Shown here piece by piece: positions 1 to 11,519 of a DNA stretch of 54,065 nucleotides (position 1 is its first letter; each line of letters starts with the position of its first letter). A program made the translations under genes and the position numbers. The notes under the pieces were generated by a model that ran no database searches, was not told where the DNA came from, and saw only the letters and a list, made by a program, of their open reading frames with translations. This DNA is from Rhodospirillales bacterium (GTDB lineage Bacteria > Pseudomonadota > Alphaproteobacteria > Bin95), in the NCBI GenBank assembly GCA_038143065.1, contig JAYQLI010000030.1, positions 1 to 54,065 on the forward strand, read 5' to 3'.

Positions 1-421
1 GCAGCATTCGGAGTCATTAAATCGGCTATCTCCAATTCTAAGGAATTGGCCGATTGTGCTAAATCTATCGCTGCCTTTGTTGGTGCTGAAGAAGACCAAA
101 AGCGAAAGCTGAAAAGCGTAAGAAAGTCCTTTCAATAAAGCTCCTTGGCAAAGACGCCAACGATTTTGAAGAGTTCTTGGCGCTAGAAAAAATACAGCAA
201 AAAAGGTTGCCCTCCAGTCGCATATGCGCCTGTTTGGAAGGCCAGGAATGTACGATGCCTGGGTGGAATATCAGGCCCAAGCCCGTAAGGCTCGTAAGGA
301 AGCCCAGCGAAAACGTGAGAAAGAACGGCAGGAACTAATCGAGGTTCTAACTTGGATTTTCATCGTGCTCGTTGTCTGGGGCGGAGCAGGTTACGGCCTG
401 TATTACTACCTCACAGGTTAA
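1..421 (+). CDS. Conserved marine podovirus hypothetical protein with C-terminal transmembrane helix (5' end truncated, frameshifted)
   Basis: Reads AAFGVIKSAISNSKELADCAKS... and joins ORF 224-421, which ends in a hydrophobic segment (VLTWIFIVLVVWGGAGYGLYYYL). The likely ATG is at the far end of the window (54061). Confidence 0.6.
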
Positions 422-425
422 AATC

Positions 426-665
426 ATGGCCATCGATAAATCCAATGAAATGCAACAAACCCCGCCGAACCCCAGACGGCCCTAAGAAGTTTGTTGTGAA
501 GGCATGTGAAGACGGCAAGGAAAAAGATCATCCGCTTTGGCGATCCGAACATGCGGATCAAGAAATCAAATCCTGAACGCCGTAAATCGTTTCGTGCGAG
601 GCACAAGTGCAAGACTGCAAAGTCAAAACTCAGCTCGGTATTGGTCCTGGCAAAAACTGGTGATC
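426..665 (+). CDS. Small basic conserved phage protein
   Basis: Joined frames give KKFVVKACEDGKEKIIRFGDPNMRIKKSNPERRKSFRARHKC, a sequence typical of small marine phage genes. Confidence 0.55.
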
Positions 666-805
666 TCATGGCTAAAAACTCACTCGTCGGAAACATCAAC
701 AAACGTCAAAAGGCTGGAAAAGCCGTTCAAAGAAAAACAGCACAGTCAGCCCAAAAGCATATGCAGACATGAAAAAGGGCTGGCAAAAAGAAGAAGGCTT
801 AGTCA

Positions 806-1070
806 TGAGCGAAGACCGACTGCAGCGTATTGAGGACAAAGTGGATCAAATGGCTCAAGCAATAGTGGCAATGGCTCGAATGGAAGAGCGCATGATCACC
901 GTGTTTAAGCGTCTGGATGCATTTGATGCCGCAACAAAAAAATCGACGAGCGCATGGACGAAGCTGAAGAAGCAAGCGATCGCACGTGGTCAAAAGATTG
1001 CCTTTGCAGAGCGTCTATTTTGATGGTCCTATCAGGCGCAGTTGGCCTAGCTTTTATTTACCTGAGATAG
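806..1070 (+). CDS. Hypothetical coiled-coil protein with C-terminal hydrophobic segment
   Basis: ORF 769-1023 (MSEDRLQRIEDKVDQMAQAIVAMARMEERM), continuing after a frameshift into a hydrophobic tail. Confidence 0.5.
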
Positions 1071-1073
1071 TCA

Positions 1074-1446
1074 ATGGACGAACCAGTTAAATACACTGAT
1101 AAGCAAGAAGCATTTCTCGAATGCATTGATGTCTGAGGCACGAGGCAACATCGAGCAGCCATGGATATTGCTGGTTATTCAAAACAACAAAGAGTTCAGA
1201 GGTGGTCGGGCCACTAAAAGACGACATTATAGAGAGAGCCTCAATGATGCTTGCTCTGAACGCACCGAAAGCCGCATTCGGGATCGTTGATGTCCTCGAT
1301 GATCCATCTGCGCTGGGTGCAAGAAATGATCTCAGGCAGCACGTGAGGTGCTTGATCGATCTGGAATTGTGAAAAAGGAACAGGTCGAGGTTACGACAAA
1401 CACGGAGAGGCTTGTTTGTCTTACCTCCCGAAAAACTGGCGATGAC
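1074..1446 (+). CDS. Putative terminase small subunit
   Basis: Frameshifted reading YTDKQEAFL...AMDIAGYSK...ASMMLALNAPKAAFGIVDVLDDP...EVLDRSGIVKKEQVEV; lies immediately upstream of the large terminase. Confidence 0.55.
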
Positions 1447-3308
1447 GTGGCAGAATAAAAAACGACCCGAATGCAACGGCAAAAATTCCATTGCCTACAA
1501 GGCAAGTGATGACGATCCGTTGGTACTTGTCCCTGACGAGGAGAGGTTGGAATGGGTTGAAAGGCCATGGATCACTTGATCAAGGACCAGCAGTCGTCGG
1601 GTGGCTGCGTGGCTGGTGGAAAAACAGGCGAAAAGATTTCGCATCAAGGTATCTGAATATCTGGCGAGAGCACCGTGGCTCATCATCAAAACAAATCAAA
1701 AACTTAACAAACAAGCAAAACAAAAAAGCCAAAGACAAGCCAAGAAAAAAATTAGCTAGCTGTCAGACGGAAAAATTAGAAGCCAAACGCCGTCTGACAA
1801 TGTCGGAAAAAAACTTGCAAAACTTGAAGGCAAGGAAGAACCAGAACAATCGGTTTCGGATATTTAGATTTTAATGCAATCAAGCAGGCGGCACAGCAAC
1901 AGAGATCATATTCCAACCGAATCCTGGGCCTCAAACGGACTTTTCTCGCAGCATCAGAACGAGAAGTGTTGTACGGCGGATCGGCGGGTGGTAAAAGTTT
2001 CGACTATTGGCCGACCCCTTGCGCTATTTTCGAACCCGAACTTCAACGGATTGATCCTACGTCGCACCAATGACGAATTACGGGAATTGATTTGGAAGAG
2101 CAGGGAACTTTATCCGAGGGCATACCCTGGGGCCAAATGGCAGGAGAAAAAATCCCAGTGGACGTTCCCGAGTGGTGCCAAATTGTGGATGACCTTTCTC
2201 GAAAGAGACGAAGATTGCCTTCGCTATCAGGGTCTTTCATTTTCCTACATTGCCTTTGACGAATTAACACAACATCCAACGCCCATTTGCTTGGAATTAC
2301 ATGCGATCACGGCTACGGACCACCGATCCTGATCTACCAATTTTACGGAGAGCGACAACGAAACCCTGGAGGTCCTGGCATCACGGATGGGTGAAACGAA
2401 TGTTTATTGATCCTGCGCCAGCAGGGAAATCGTTCGCAGCAACCGACATCGATACCGGAGATACGCTTCAATACCCAGCTGGCCACGAAAAAGAAGGCCA
2501 ACCTCTATTCCAACGCCGCAGGTTTATTCCGCCAGCCTTAAAGATAACCCTTATTTGCAACAAGGTGGGCAATACGAAGCGAACCTTTGTCTCTGCCAGA
2601 GATGCAGCGGCGGCAACTTTTAGAGGGTGATTGGAACATCGCTGACGGCGCAGCGTTTCCTGAGTTCCGAACTCCGTTGTTCACACGATGGAACCGTTCG
2701 ATAACCCTCAGATTGGCGCTGATTTAGAAGCTGTGATTATGGATATTCAAGTTATTCTGCAGTTCATTGGTTTGCTATCGACCCAAGTCTTTGAAACGCT
2801 TTACGTCTACCGTGAATTGTATCTATCAAAGCATACGGGACGAGACCTTGCTAAGGCTATCTTGGCTGCGGAAGCAGGTGAAAAAGTCAGTTACGGCGTA
2901 TTTTGGATAGCAGTTGCTGGCATAATCGTGGCCAAATTGGACCGTCTATTGCCGAAGAAATGATTCCGAAGGCTGTAGATGGCGTCCGAGCGACCGATCA
3001 GCGGGAGCACGGGTTGCTGGAAAGAACAGGTTTCACCGAATTACTAAAGATCGATGAAGATACGGAACTGCCTGGCATCGTTTTCTTTAATACATGCCGC
3101 CAAATCATCTCAGATTTACCCGTAATTCCCTCTGATCCTCGTGGAAGCGACGACATCGACCCAAGATTATACTTCAAGCGATCACGCATATGACAGCGTG
3201 AGATACGGAATAATGAGCCGGGACCAAGGGCATTTTTCACCCTTCGATAACGGCAGAGGCGTTCCTGAACAACGCTGGCAACCTTCCGATACAATATTTG
3301 GATACTAA
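1442..3308 (+). CDS. terL: Terminase large subunit with apparent N-terminal extension (frameshifted)
   Basis: QTDFLAASEREVLYGGSAGGGKS (Walker A, ~1930-2000), LILRRTNDELRELI, YQGLSFSYIAFDELTQ (Walker B), RRQLLEGDW, and a C-terminal nuclease part (DYGYS, YRELY, FFNTCRQII, DHAYDSVRYG). Confidence 0.92.
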
Positions 3309-3310
3309 GC

Positions 3311-5462
3311 ATGGCCTTAATGGACAAACCCGATCCCGTAGATGCGGAACAATCGACCGAAACGGACGCTGTACTGGCGTTAGAGGAAGATGGTGACGTT
3401 GAGGCGGAGAATAACAGACCTTTCTGGTGTCTCTGGTTTCATTCAATCACAGTTTCAGCGGTCAAAAGACCGTCGTTTGTATGGATGAAGAGCGCCAATT
3501 CGGTGGATACGGTCATGGTTCGTAACTATCGTGGCATCTATGGCACCGATGTGCAGTTTACTGACACAGAAAAGTCAAAAGCCTCTGTCAAAATCACCAA
3601 AACTAAGGTTCTTGCAGAGCCTATGCGCAGCTGGTCGATGTTCGGTTCTTGCCGGAAGTAAGTTTCCGATCGGTATTGATCCCTCGTAGGTTCCTTCAAA
3701 CGTTGCTGATGCGGTAAATTAGTCGACCCAAACGCACTGACAGCTGAAAAGTACAAGAAAAGATCGGCATCGATTACTCTGTACCACGCAATATCATGCG
3801 TCCTGACGTGGCTCGTGACCTTGGCATCTACAAAGACAAAATTGATCCCCCATCAAAGATGAATTGGAGATGGGGCCTGAGGCAAAATCCTGGCTCAATC
3901 ACCTACGAACCAGCCAATCGTGCAGCTCAGATGCTCGAAAAGAAAATGCACGATCAGCTTGAGGAAAGTGACGCATCAAAACACCTGCGATCAGTCGCAT
4001 TTGAGTGCTCATTACTAGGGCAGGGCATCATTAAAGGGCCATTTGCCTACGATAAAGAATATCCTCGCTGGGACTCCAGAAGGAAATTATGATCCAATCG
4101 TAGAAACAATCCCTCGTGTTGAGTACGTGAGTGTTTGGGATTTTTATCCCGATCCTGATGCTCGCAACATGGGTGAGGCCGAATACACGATCAACGGCAC
4201 TGATTAAACCGTACGCAAATGCGTACGTTGAAAAAGCGTCCATTCTTTCGTGAAGAAAGCATTGAATTAGCGATCGCCTATGGCTCTAATTACGTTCGTG
4301 AATACTGGGAAGATACGTTTGGATGAAAGTGGGCTGGTGGATCAGCTGACCGCTTTGATTCTTTGAATATTGGGGCATTTGATGACAGTGAATTGGCCGA
4401 AGAGGCCGATTTTGACTTCCAAACGAATACGCTGACCGTGACCAATCCAAGTCAATGTTTGGATTTGTAACGGGCAGATTTTGCGGCTGGTTTCAACCCA
4501 TTTACGCCAGTCCGCATTCCATATTCCGCAGTTCCTTACGAGCTGCAAATCCATACAGCTTCTTTGGCATCGGCGTTGCAGAAAATATGGAAGACACGCA
4601 GCTTATGATGAACGGTTTCATGCGAATGCGTTGATAATGGCGCCCTGTCTGGAAACCTTTTAATCGAGATTGATGAAACAAATCTGGTCGCCGGGTCCAG
4701 GACCTTTCGATCTACCCAGGAAAAATCTTCCGCAGACAGGCAGGAAGCCCAGGCCAGGCCATACACTCGACTCGTTTAAGAACGTGGCGCCTGAACTTTT
4801 TGATGATGTTTGATAAGGCTCGACAGTTATCTGACGAAGCCACTGGTATTCCATCTACAGCCACGGTGTTGGCGGAGTGATGGGGTAGGGCGCACGGCAT
4901 CAGGAATGTCGATGTTGATGTCTGCGGCTGCCCAAAACATCAAAGCAGGTTGTCCGCAATATCGACGACTATCTGCTGTCACCTCTGGGCAAAGCTCTCT
5001 TTGCTTTCAACATGCAATTCAACTTCGATCAGGAATACACGAAGGGCGATCTGGAAGGTCGGGCACGAGGCACTGAAAGCCTGATGCGCAACGAGATCGA
5101 AGTCAAAGCCTTATCCGGTTCACACAAATGGCACAAAACCCAGCAATGGCTCCATTTGTGAAATACGATTATATTTTGCGTGAACTTGCAGCATCTATGG
5201 ATTTAGACGAGGACCTGATCCTTAACGATCCAGCGTGTTGCTATAATTCAAGCCAAGATGATGGCTGAAATTCAGGCATTGATGCCACAGCCACCTCAAG
5301 CCGCAGAAAAGGAAGCTGGTCCATCAGTCCAATGACCCAACTGGGAACTGGCGGTGGCAACGTAGCACCAGGTAACGCACCGGAGCCAGGCGCCGAAGGT
5401 TTCACGGGCGAAGGTGGTGGAGACAATGGTGGCCAACAGCCACAGCAACCCCCGTTCAGTAA
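3311..5462 (+). CDS. Portal (head-tail connector) protein (frameshifted)
   Basis: RNYRGIYGTDVQFTDTEKSK..VKITKTKVLA, MLEKKMHDQLEES, GQGIIKGPF, GVGRTASGMSMLMSAA; ~2.1 kb gene directly after terL. Confidence 0.85.
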
Positions 5463-5680
5463 TGGATAAATCAATATATCGAGCACTTCTGCCGCTCGTC
5501 CGAGACAAAGAGCAGATGGATCGCTCCTGAACTATACGCAAACGCTCGAATAGACTCCGCTCGTGAGCAGCTGGAGATCACGAGAGACCACCACCGCATG
5601 ATCGAAATCTTCAAGGCGCAGTCGCTGAACCTACGCAGACTTGAAACGCTTCGAGACGAAGTCATTGAGGGATCAAAATA
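5462..5680 (+). CDS. Small hypothetical protein after portal
   Basis: MDKSIYRALLPLV...LRRLETLRDEVIEGSK across frameshifts; stop/start overlaps at both ends. Confidence 0.5.
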
Positions 5681-6349
5681 ATGGAAAGCCTAAAAGAAGC
5701 CCGTAAAGGCATTCGCACACAAGCAGGTCAGGACATGGCCAACAAACGCTTCCAACTCGATCGCAAGAAAGCCGACGAGAACGGTGATGGTGAACTGACA
5801 AAGTACGAGGAAGCGAAAGCCGAAGCCGTACAGAAAGCGAAAGCAGATGGCGAATTGGTCGAAGATGAAGCCGTACCTTCTATGGCTCACGGTGGGATGC
5901 CTTGCGGGATGGACGATGGGATCATGGTTGAACCAGAAACTGGAAATGAAATTCCAATCGGTTCTTCAGCAGAAAATGTCCGAGACGACATCGAAATAAT
6001 GATCAGCGAGGGCGAGTACGTCCTACCAGCCAACGTCGTCAAATGGCATGGATTGAAACACATTATGGATATGCAAACCGAGGCTGAGATGGGTCTGATG
6101 GGCGTTTGCTGATGGGCTTATCCAGTACGTCGAAGAAGAAACCGTTGACGTTGACGACGGCGACGAAGGTGACCTCCGACGACGACGAAATTATCGAAAC
6201 ACCCGATGGAAATGAAATCGAGGTGACGAGTTTTGAGGTCGAAGAAAACGACCCCGAATATGAGGAAACCGAGGAATACGCTGACAGCGATTACGGCTCA
6301 GGAGCCTTACGGCACGATGGTGAAGCAAAAATACGCATTCATCGTGTGA
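5681..6349 (+). CDS. Acidic putative virion/assembly protein with EF-hand-like loop
   Basis: ORFs 5681-6112 and 6106-6354; DENGDGELTKYE loop and ENVRDDIEIMISEGEYVLPANVV motif common in marine podovirus structural modules. Confidence 0.6.
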
Positions 6350-6388
6350 TCTAACTGGGCGACCCGAAAGGCCCCCAAAGGTAAATCA

Positions 6389-7174
6389 ATGGCAAAATAT
6401 AAATAAGCAGGGTCTCGATGTTCTTGAAAAAAAAGATTGAGGCGGCAATGGCAAAAAACAACCACAGCAGGTACAAGAAATTGAACCAGTCGATGCAGAG
6501 GACGCATCATTTAAGAAACGATACGGCGATCTTGCGTCGACATTCACAAACAATTGATGCAGCAAAAAGATGGCCAAATCCAACAATTACAACAGCAGTT
6601 GGATCAGGCCGCAAAAGGCCAAATCAAGTTTCCAAAGACCGATGAAGAGATTGAGGCGTGGTCAAAAAATATCCTGACGTCGCACGAATTGTTGATACGA
6701 TCGCAAGGAAACGGGCAGGGGAAGCCTTGGAAGAAGGCGAAAAGCGGATGGAGAGTTTGAAGAAACTTGAGCGCAATTTGACCCGCAAAGAAGCTGAACA
6801 GCAGTTGATGAAGCTGCATCCTGACTTCATGAAAATTAGAGCAACACAAGATTTTCATGATTGGGTAGCGATGCAACCTGCTTACATTCAAGACGCACTC
6901 TATAAAAACAGCACAGATGCAATGGCTGCAAGCAGAGCTAATCGATTTGTACAAAGCCGATAAGGGCAAGAAAAAAGGCAAAAGCATCAGCGGCTCAAGC
7001 TGTTGGGCGCACCTCCTCATCCGCTCCTGCAAATACCAACTCAAAACGCAAGTTTACCGAAAGTCAGGTGTCTAAGATGAGCGAACGAGATTATGAGAAA
7101 AACGAAGAAGCCATCATGGAAGTCCATGAGAAACGGCACCCTTCGTGTATGATTTGTCGGGCGGTGCCCGATAA
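6389..7174 (+). CDS. Capsid scaffolding protein (frameshifted)
   Basis: FKKRYGDLRRH, FPKTDEEIEAW, KYPDVARIVDTIA, LMKLHPDF..IR..QDFHDWV; sits between portal and major capsid. Confidence 0.7.
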
Positions 7175-7391
7175 TACACCCCAGCAGTCAGGCCACCTTC
7201 GGGTCTACCCTGATCGCTAATTTTCCAGAAGAACTATGACGACAGTCTACCAGTAAGGCGAGGCCCGTCTATCAAGTGAAAAGTATATACACACTCGTAT
7301 ATACGCACCCTCAAGTTCTTACTGCCACGCAAGTCCTCTTTCTGAATTGAACGGCCATTTGGCCAGCCATTTCAAAGGAGACAACGTAACA

Positions 7392-8726
7392 ATGGCATTT
7401 CCATAAAGCTGCAGGTTATGGAAACCTTCCAAACGGAAATTTTCCAGCATCATCTACTCAAAAAAGGTCCAGCTAGCGTTCCGAAAGCAACGGCAGTCGT
7501 TGCGACATCACTAACTCCGATTATTTTCGGAGAGATCGTCTCAAGGCGCAACAGTGAAAATCATCAAGGAACCTGAAATTTCGGTCACAGTCTTACAAAC
7601 GTGGCACCGCAATCTCACCAGGACCTTGATGATGAAGACTTCTCACTTGTCATCGATAAGGCGAACTACTTTGCCTTCAAAATTGACGACATTGAGGAAG
7701 CACACTCTTAATAAATGGGAGCTTTTAGGTAACCCTAATCGAAAAACTGGGTGAATTGCTGGAACCCCCTAACGTTTAAGTCGAGGGCAATCAGCAGCCA
7801 AGCCTCGAAAGAGGAAGGTTCAACGACCATTCCGAAAGGAAGTAGGATCAAGCGATCCGAAGCGCCCAGCCCTGATAATTTCAGGGTGATGATATGGTCT
7901 TCTCTGCATGGAAACATGCAGCAGTTCATAAGAGAACGAACAATTAGCGACACTTGTTGAAAACACGGCACGTAAACTTCATGCAATTGGCAACTGACCG
8001 TGCGGCTTACCGCTTGGCAGACCAATTCGACCAAGAAGTTCTAGGGTACCTAGCAGGTTACAAACAATCTGCTCTTCACGGTTCGGCTGACACGGTCAAT
8101 GACCAAGTCAACGAACGAACGAAGGCTGTAGCAACAGCAGGTTCTGACGAACTACTTTCTTCAATGAAGTTGAAAAAGTCCGGATTTGGCAACATCACAA
8201 CTGCTTCTGCTGGCGACCATTCGTTCCACTAGCGGCACGTTTGCCAGAGCGACAACAATGCCAACCGCAACAGCATCACCAGCGATGGTTGCTGCTCGTA
8301 TGGCCCGTCTGCTTGATCAACAACAAGTTGATACGCAGGGTCGTTGGTTGGTCGTAGACCCTGTATTCATGGAACTGCTTCGTGACGAGGACTCTCGTTT
8401 CTTGAACGCAGATTATGGTGAGTCAGGTGGACTACGGAATGGTTTGGTTCTGAAGAATTTCCACGGTTTCCGTGTTTATACTTCAAGCAACCTTCCAGCA
8501 GTCGGAACAGGCCCAGGTACAACTGGTTCTGCTAACCAAAACACCAACTACGGTGTCATCGTTGCAGGTCACGACAGTGCCGTCGCAACAGCGGAGCAAA
8601 TCAGCAAAACGGAAACATACCGTGACCCTGATTCATTCGCCGACATCGTTCGTGGCATGAGCCTTTACGGCAGGAAAATACTCCGCCCTGGAAGGTCTTG
8701 TTTCATGCAAATACAACGCTGCGTAA
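7392..8726 (+). CDS. Major capsid protein, split by a group I intron (exon 1 7392-7708, exon 2 7969-8726)
   Basis: MAF..AAGYGNLPNGNF, VKIIKEPEISV, ANYFAFKIDDIEEAHS|HVNFMQLATDRAAYRLADQFDQEVLGY, ETYRDPDSFADIVRGMSLYGRKILRP; strong SD (AAGGAG) upstream. Confidence 0.9.
7709..7968 (+). ncRNA. Group I self-splicing intron (IA-like, with P7.1/P7.2), 260 nt, no homing endonuclease
   Basis: 5' exon ends in U pairing with guide GGGAG; P2 TTAGG/CCTAA; P3 CTGGGTG/CGCCCAG; P4 TGCTGG/TCAGCA; P6a CCTC-GAAA-GAGG; P7 GACCA/TGGTC (R: GTTCAACGACCA, S: GATATGGTCT); P7.1 TTCC-GAAA-GGAA; P7.2 GGATC/GATCC; P8 CCCTGA/TCAGGG; P9 TGCATG-GAAA-CATGCA; terminal G at 7968. Removal restores the reading frame. Confidence 0.93.
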
Positions 8727-8744
8727 GGGAGATTTGAACAATGA

Positions 8745-9128
8745 ATGGTATTCAAAATCTCAGTTGAACTTGAAGCAACTGCTCTATCAGCAGGTGCCAA
8801 CACAGTTGCAACTTTTTCCAGCGCAGACAGCTATTTTGGCAGCTGGTGTAGAAGTCACTGAGGCACTTACAGGTGCAACAGCTTTGACTTTTGATATTGG
8901 TACAGGTGACGATGATGACGAGTTCGTTGCAGCATATGCAATGGCTGGTAAATCAGTTGGTGCAGTAGCACCGTCACTTCCTGGCATCGCTTATGTCGGT
9001 GCGGAAGACACTTTGGACCTTACAATCGACACCCACAGGCACAGCAACAGCAGGTAAACTGCGTTTGGGCACTCGTGATGGATGTTGACGGTAAAGTGCT
9101 GACGAAGTGGCACGTGACCAAGTCTAAA
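8745..9128 (+). CDS. Putative capsid decoration/minor capsid protein
   Basis: ORF 8698-9057 (ILAAGVEVTEALTGATALTFDIGTGDDDDEFVAA), beta-rich, directly after the capsid gene and before a terminator. Confidence 0.55.
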
Positions 9129-9133
9129 ACGCA

Positions 9134-9165
9134 TGGGGCTGGCTTCGGCTGGCCCCACACTTTTT
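9134..9165 (+). terminator. Rho-independent terminator
   Basis: TGGGGCTGGC-TTCG-GCTGGCCCCA followed by TTTTT. Confidence 0.75.
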
Positions 9166-9180
9166 CCCGAGGAATAATAA

Positions 9181-9869
9181 ATGCCCACGACTTATCTTGA
9201 TTTGTGCTAATCAAAGTTTTGCGACGATTGAATGAGGTCGAGATCGCTCAAGACGACTTCGCTAACGCTCGTGGCGTTCAAGCATTGGTCAAAGACGCCG
9301 TGAAAGCATCGGTGGCTAGGATCAATCAACAAGAATATGAATGGCCCTTTAATGCGGCCTCTCACACAATGACATTAACGGCTGGCACCAGTGAATACAG
9401 CTGGCCCGACTTTTTTAAAGCAGCTGATTTTAATTCTTTTCAAATACAGAAAAACGATGGTTTAGGCACTGGGTTTAAAACCCTTACACCTATAGGACAG
9501 AGATGAGTGGTACCAGCGGCATCGTGACATTGATGACGAGGCAGGTGCTGCAGGGCGGGAGTGCCTGATCACGTCTTTGCAGGCACGGTAACGGATTTGG
9601 CGTAACTCCTGTCCCAGACAAAGCCTACAGCCTCAAATTCAAGTATTACCTGAACTATTCTGACTTGACGGATTATAATGACGTCACCGCATTCCATCAT
9701 CTTACGACACCGTTTTGATCGATGGTGCGCTTTATCATTTGTACATGTTTAAAGATAACATCGAGAGCGCACAGGCAGCGTTTCATGAACTTTGAACGAG
9801 GTCAGAAAAACCCAGACCCTCTACATCAATAATTTCGATTACGTCCGTGATACACGTGTGAGGTTCTAA
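9181..9869 (+). CDS. Tail tubular protein A / adaptor
   Basis: MPTTYLDL..KVLRRLNEVEI...INQQEYEWPF...TLTAGTSEYSWP; position after the capsid genes. Confidence 0.7.
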
Positions 9870-11516
9870 TGCCCGATCGCATAGAAAACCTCAAAATCGT
9901 CTGTGCAGGTGGGTTGGAACTCAAACGAAAATCACCTCGACCTATCAGACAATGATCCTGGGGTTGCAACACGCTTAGCCGAATTTTGAGCCTTCGCTTT
10001 GCGAAGCGGTTATCGCCGGATCGGTGGCTATGAGCCATACAAGTCAGATTATGCGGAAGTTACGAGCACTGCGGATGCTGCGACAGGTCCGGTTCTTTGC
10101 GTTGCAATCTTCAAGAATGATGCGCTGGGAAACAACGAGGATTATTGGCACGAGTTGGATGACAGCAGCAACACCTACGCATTCTATCAATACGTTCCAC
10201 TAACTGGCTGGGCTAAAATTTCAGGCGCTCCAACACCAAGCACTGGCACAGGATCAAGCAAAATAAAAAAGCTGCGCCATGCGCAATTCAACTTCGGTGA
10301 TGGAAACCACATAATCTTCGTGGATGGCCGCAACAACGCCGTGGTTTATGATGGTTCGTCTTGGTACACCATCGATCCCAACAGCATCAGGAGGCAGCAG
10401 CACACCAGGCGGTGCACAGGCTTTAGCAGCACCTTCGGTCGTAGATGTTTTTGAAAACCACATATTTATGAGTGGTGATCCCAACGATGAAGCCGTGGTA
10501 GCTCATTCGGCTCCAAACGATCCATTCGCATGGACGACAGCATTAGCAGGGGGCCAGCTGACAGTCGGCGTTGATGTTGTTCAGATCAAACCGTTTCGTG
10601 ATCAGCTTTTCGTCTTCGGCCCAAACGCCATAAAAAGGTTACATGTCGATAGCACAGGCGACCTTTGTGACTGAAAAATGTTACTGCCAATGTTGGATGT
10701 ATAGCACGGGATAGCGTAGTCGAAATTGGCGGCGATTTGATGTTTTTGCCCTCGATGGTTTCCGTCCAGTTGCGGGTACATCACGGATCGGTGACGTGGG
10801 AATTGGAAACCATTTCCAAGTCAATACAAGGCGCCATCGTTGATCTAATCGAAAACTTCGACATGGACACCGTGAACTCACTGGTGGTTCGGTCCAAGTC
10901 ACAGGTTCGTTTCTTTCGGTGACGACGCTAACTTTGCTGCTGACAGCGTAGGAATTATCGGCGGTCTTATCAAATTCTACAGGTTCAATCGAATGGGAGT
11001 TTGGTACCCTATTACATCAGGAGCCAGCTGTACAACATCTGGATACGATGGCACGGAAGAGATCGTCTTACATGGTGATTATGACGGCAAAGTATTTCGA
11101 CAGGAAAAGGGCAACGACTTTAACGGTGGCGACATCGTTTCTATCTACGCCACCCTTATCTGGATTTTGGTGATGCTGGAATCCGTAAATCAATCCGCAA
11201 GATCAACACGATTTATTCGGGCAGAAGGCCCTTTAGAAATGAACCTCGCACTCAGCTACGACTGGGGCGATTATAATACCGCTAGACCCTCAACTTACAC
11301 CCAAGAGTCTGCTGGTGCACCGACAGCTTATGGTGGACGCAATATCCGCTTGGGGCTCTGTAAATACGATCTATGCAGGTTCAGAAAACCCATCATGGAA
11401 ACAAATGTCCAAGGCTCTGGATTCTCAATGAGAGCCACATTCGTGACCGTAGGCACATACGACCTTTTTCAATCCAAGGGTTGGTAATCGAATATTCCGT
11501 CGCAGGGAGACGCTAA
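9869..11516 (+). CDS. Tail tubular protein B / nozzle (frameshifted)
   Basis: GYRRIGGY, VDVFENHIFMSG, IKPFRDQLFVFG, NVGCIARDSVVEIGGDLMFL; beta-propeller-like nozzle of T7-like tails. Confidence 0.7.
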
Positions 11517-11519
11517 AAC

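Noticed and set aside
7735-8034. ORFs 7751-7960 (+) and 7735-8034 (-) as intron-encoded endonucleases
   Set aside because: Short, overlap the ribozyme core, and lack LAGLIDADG, HNH or GIY-YIG motifs.
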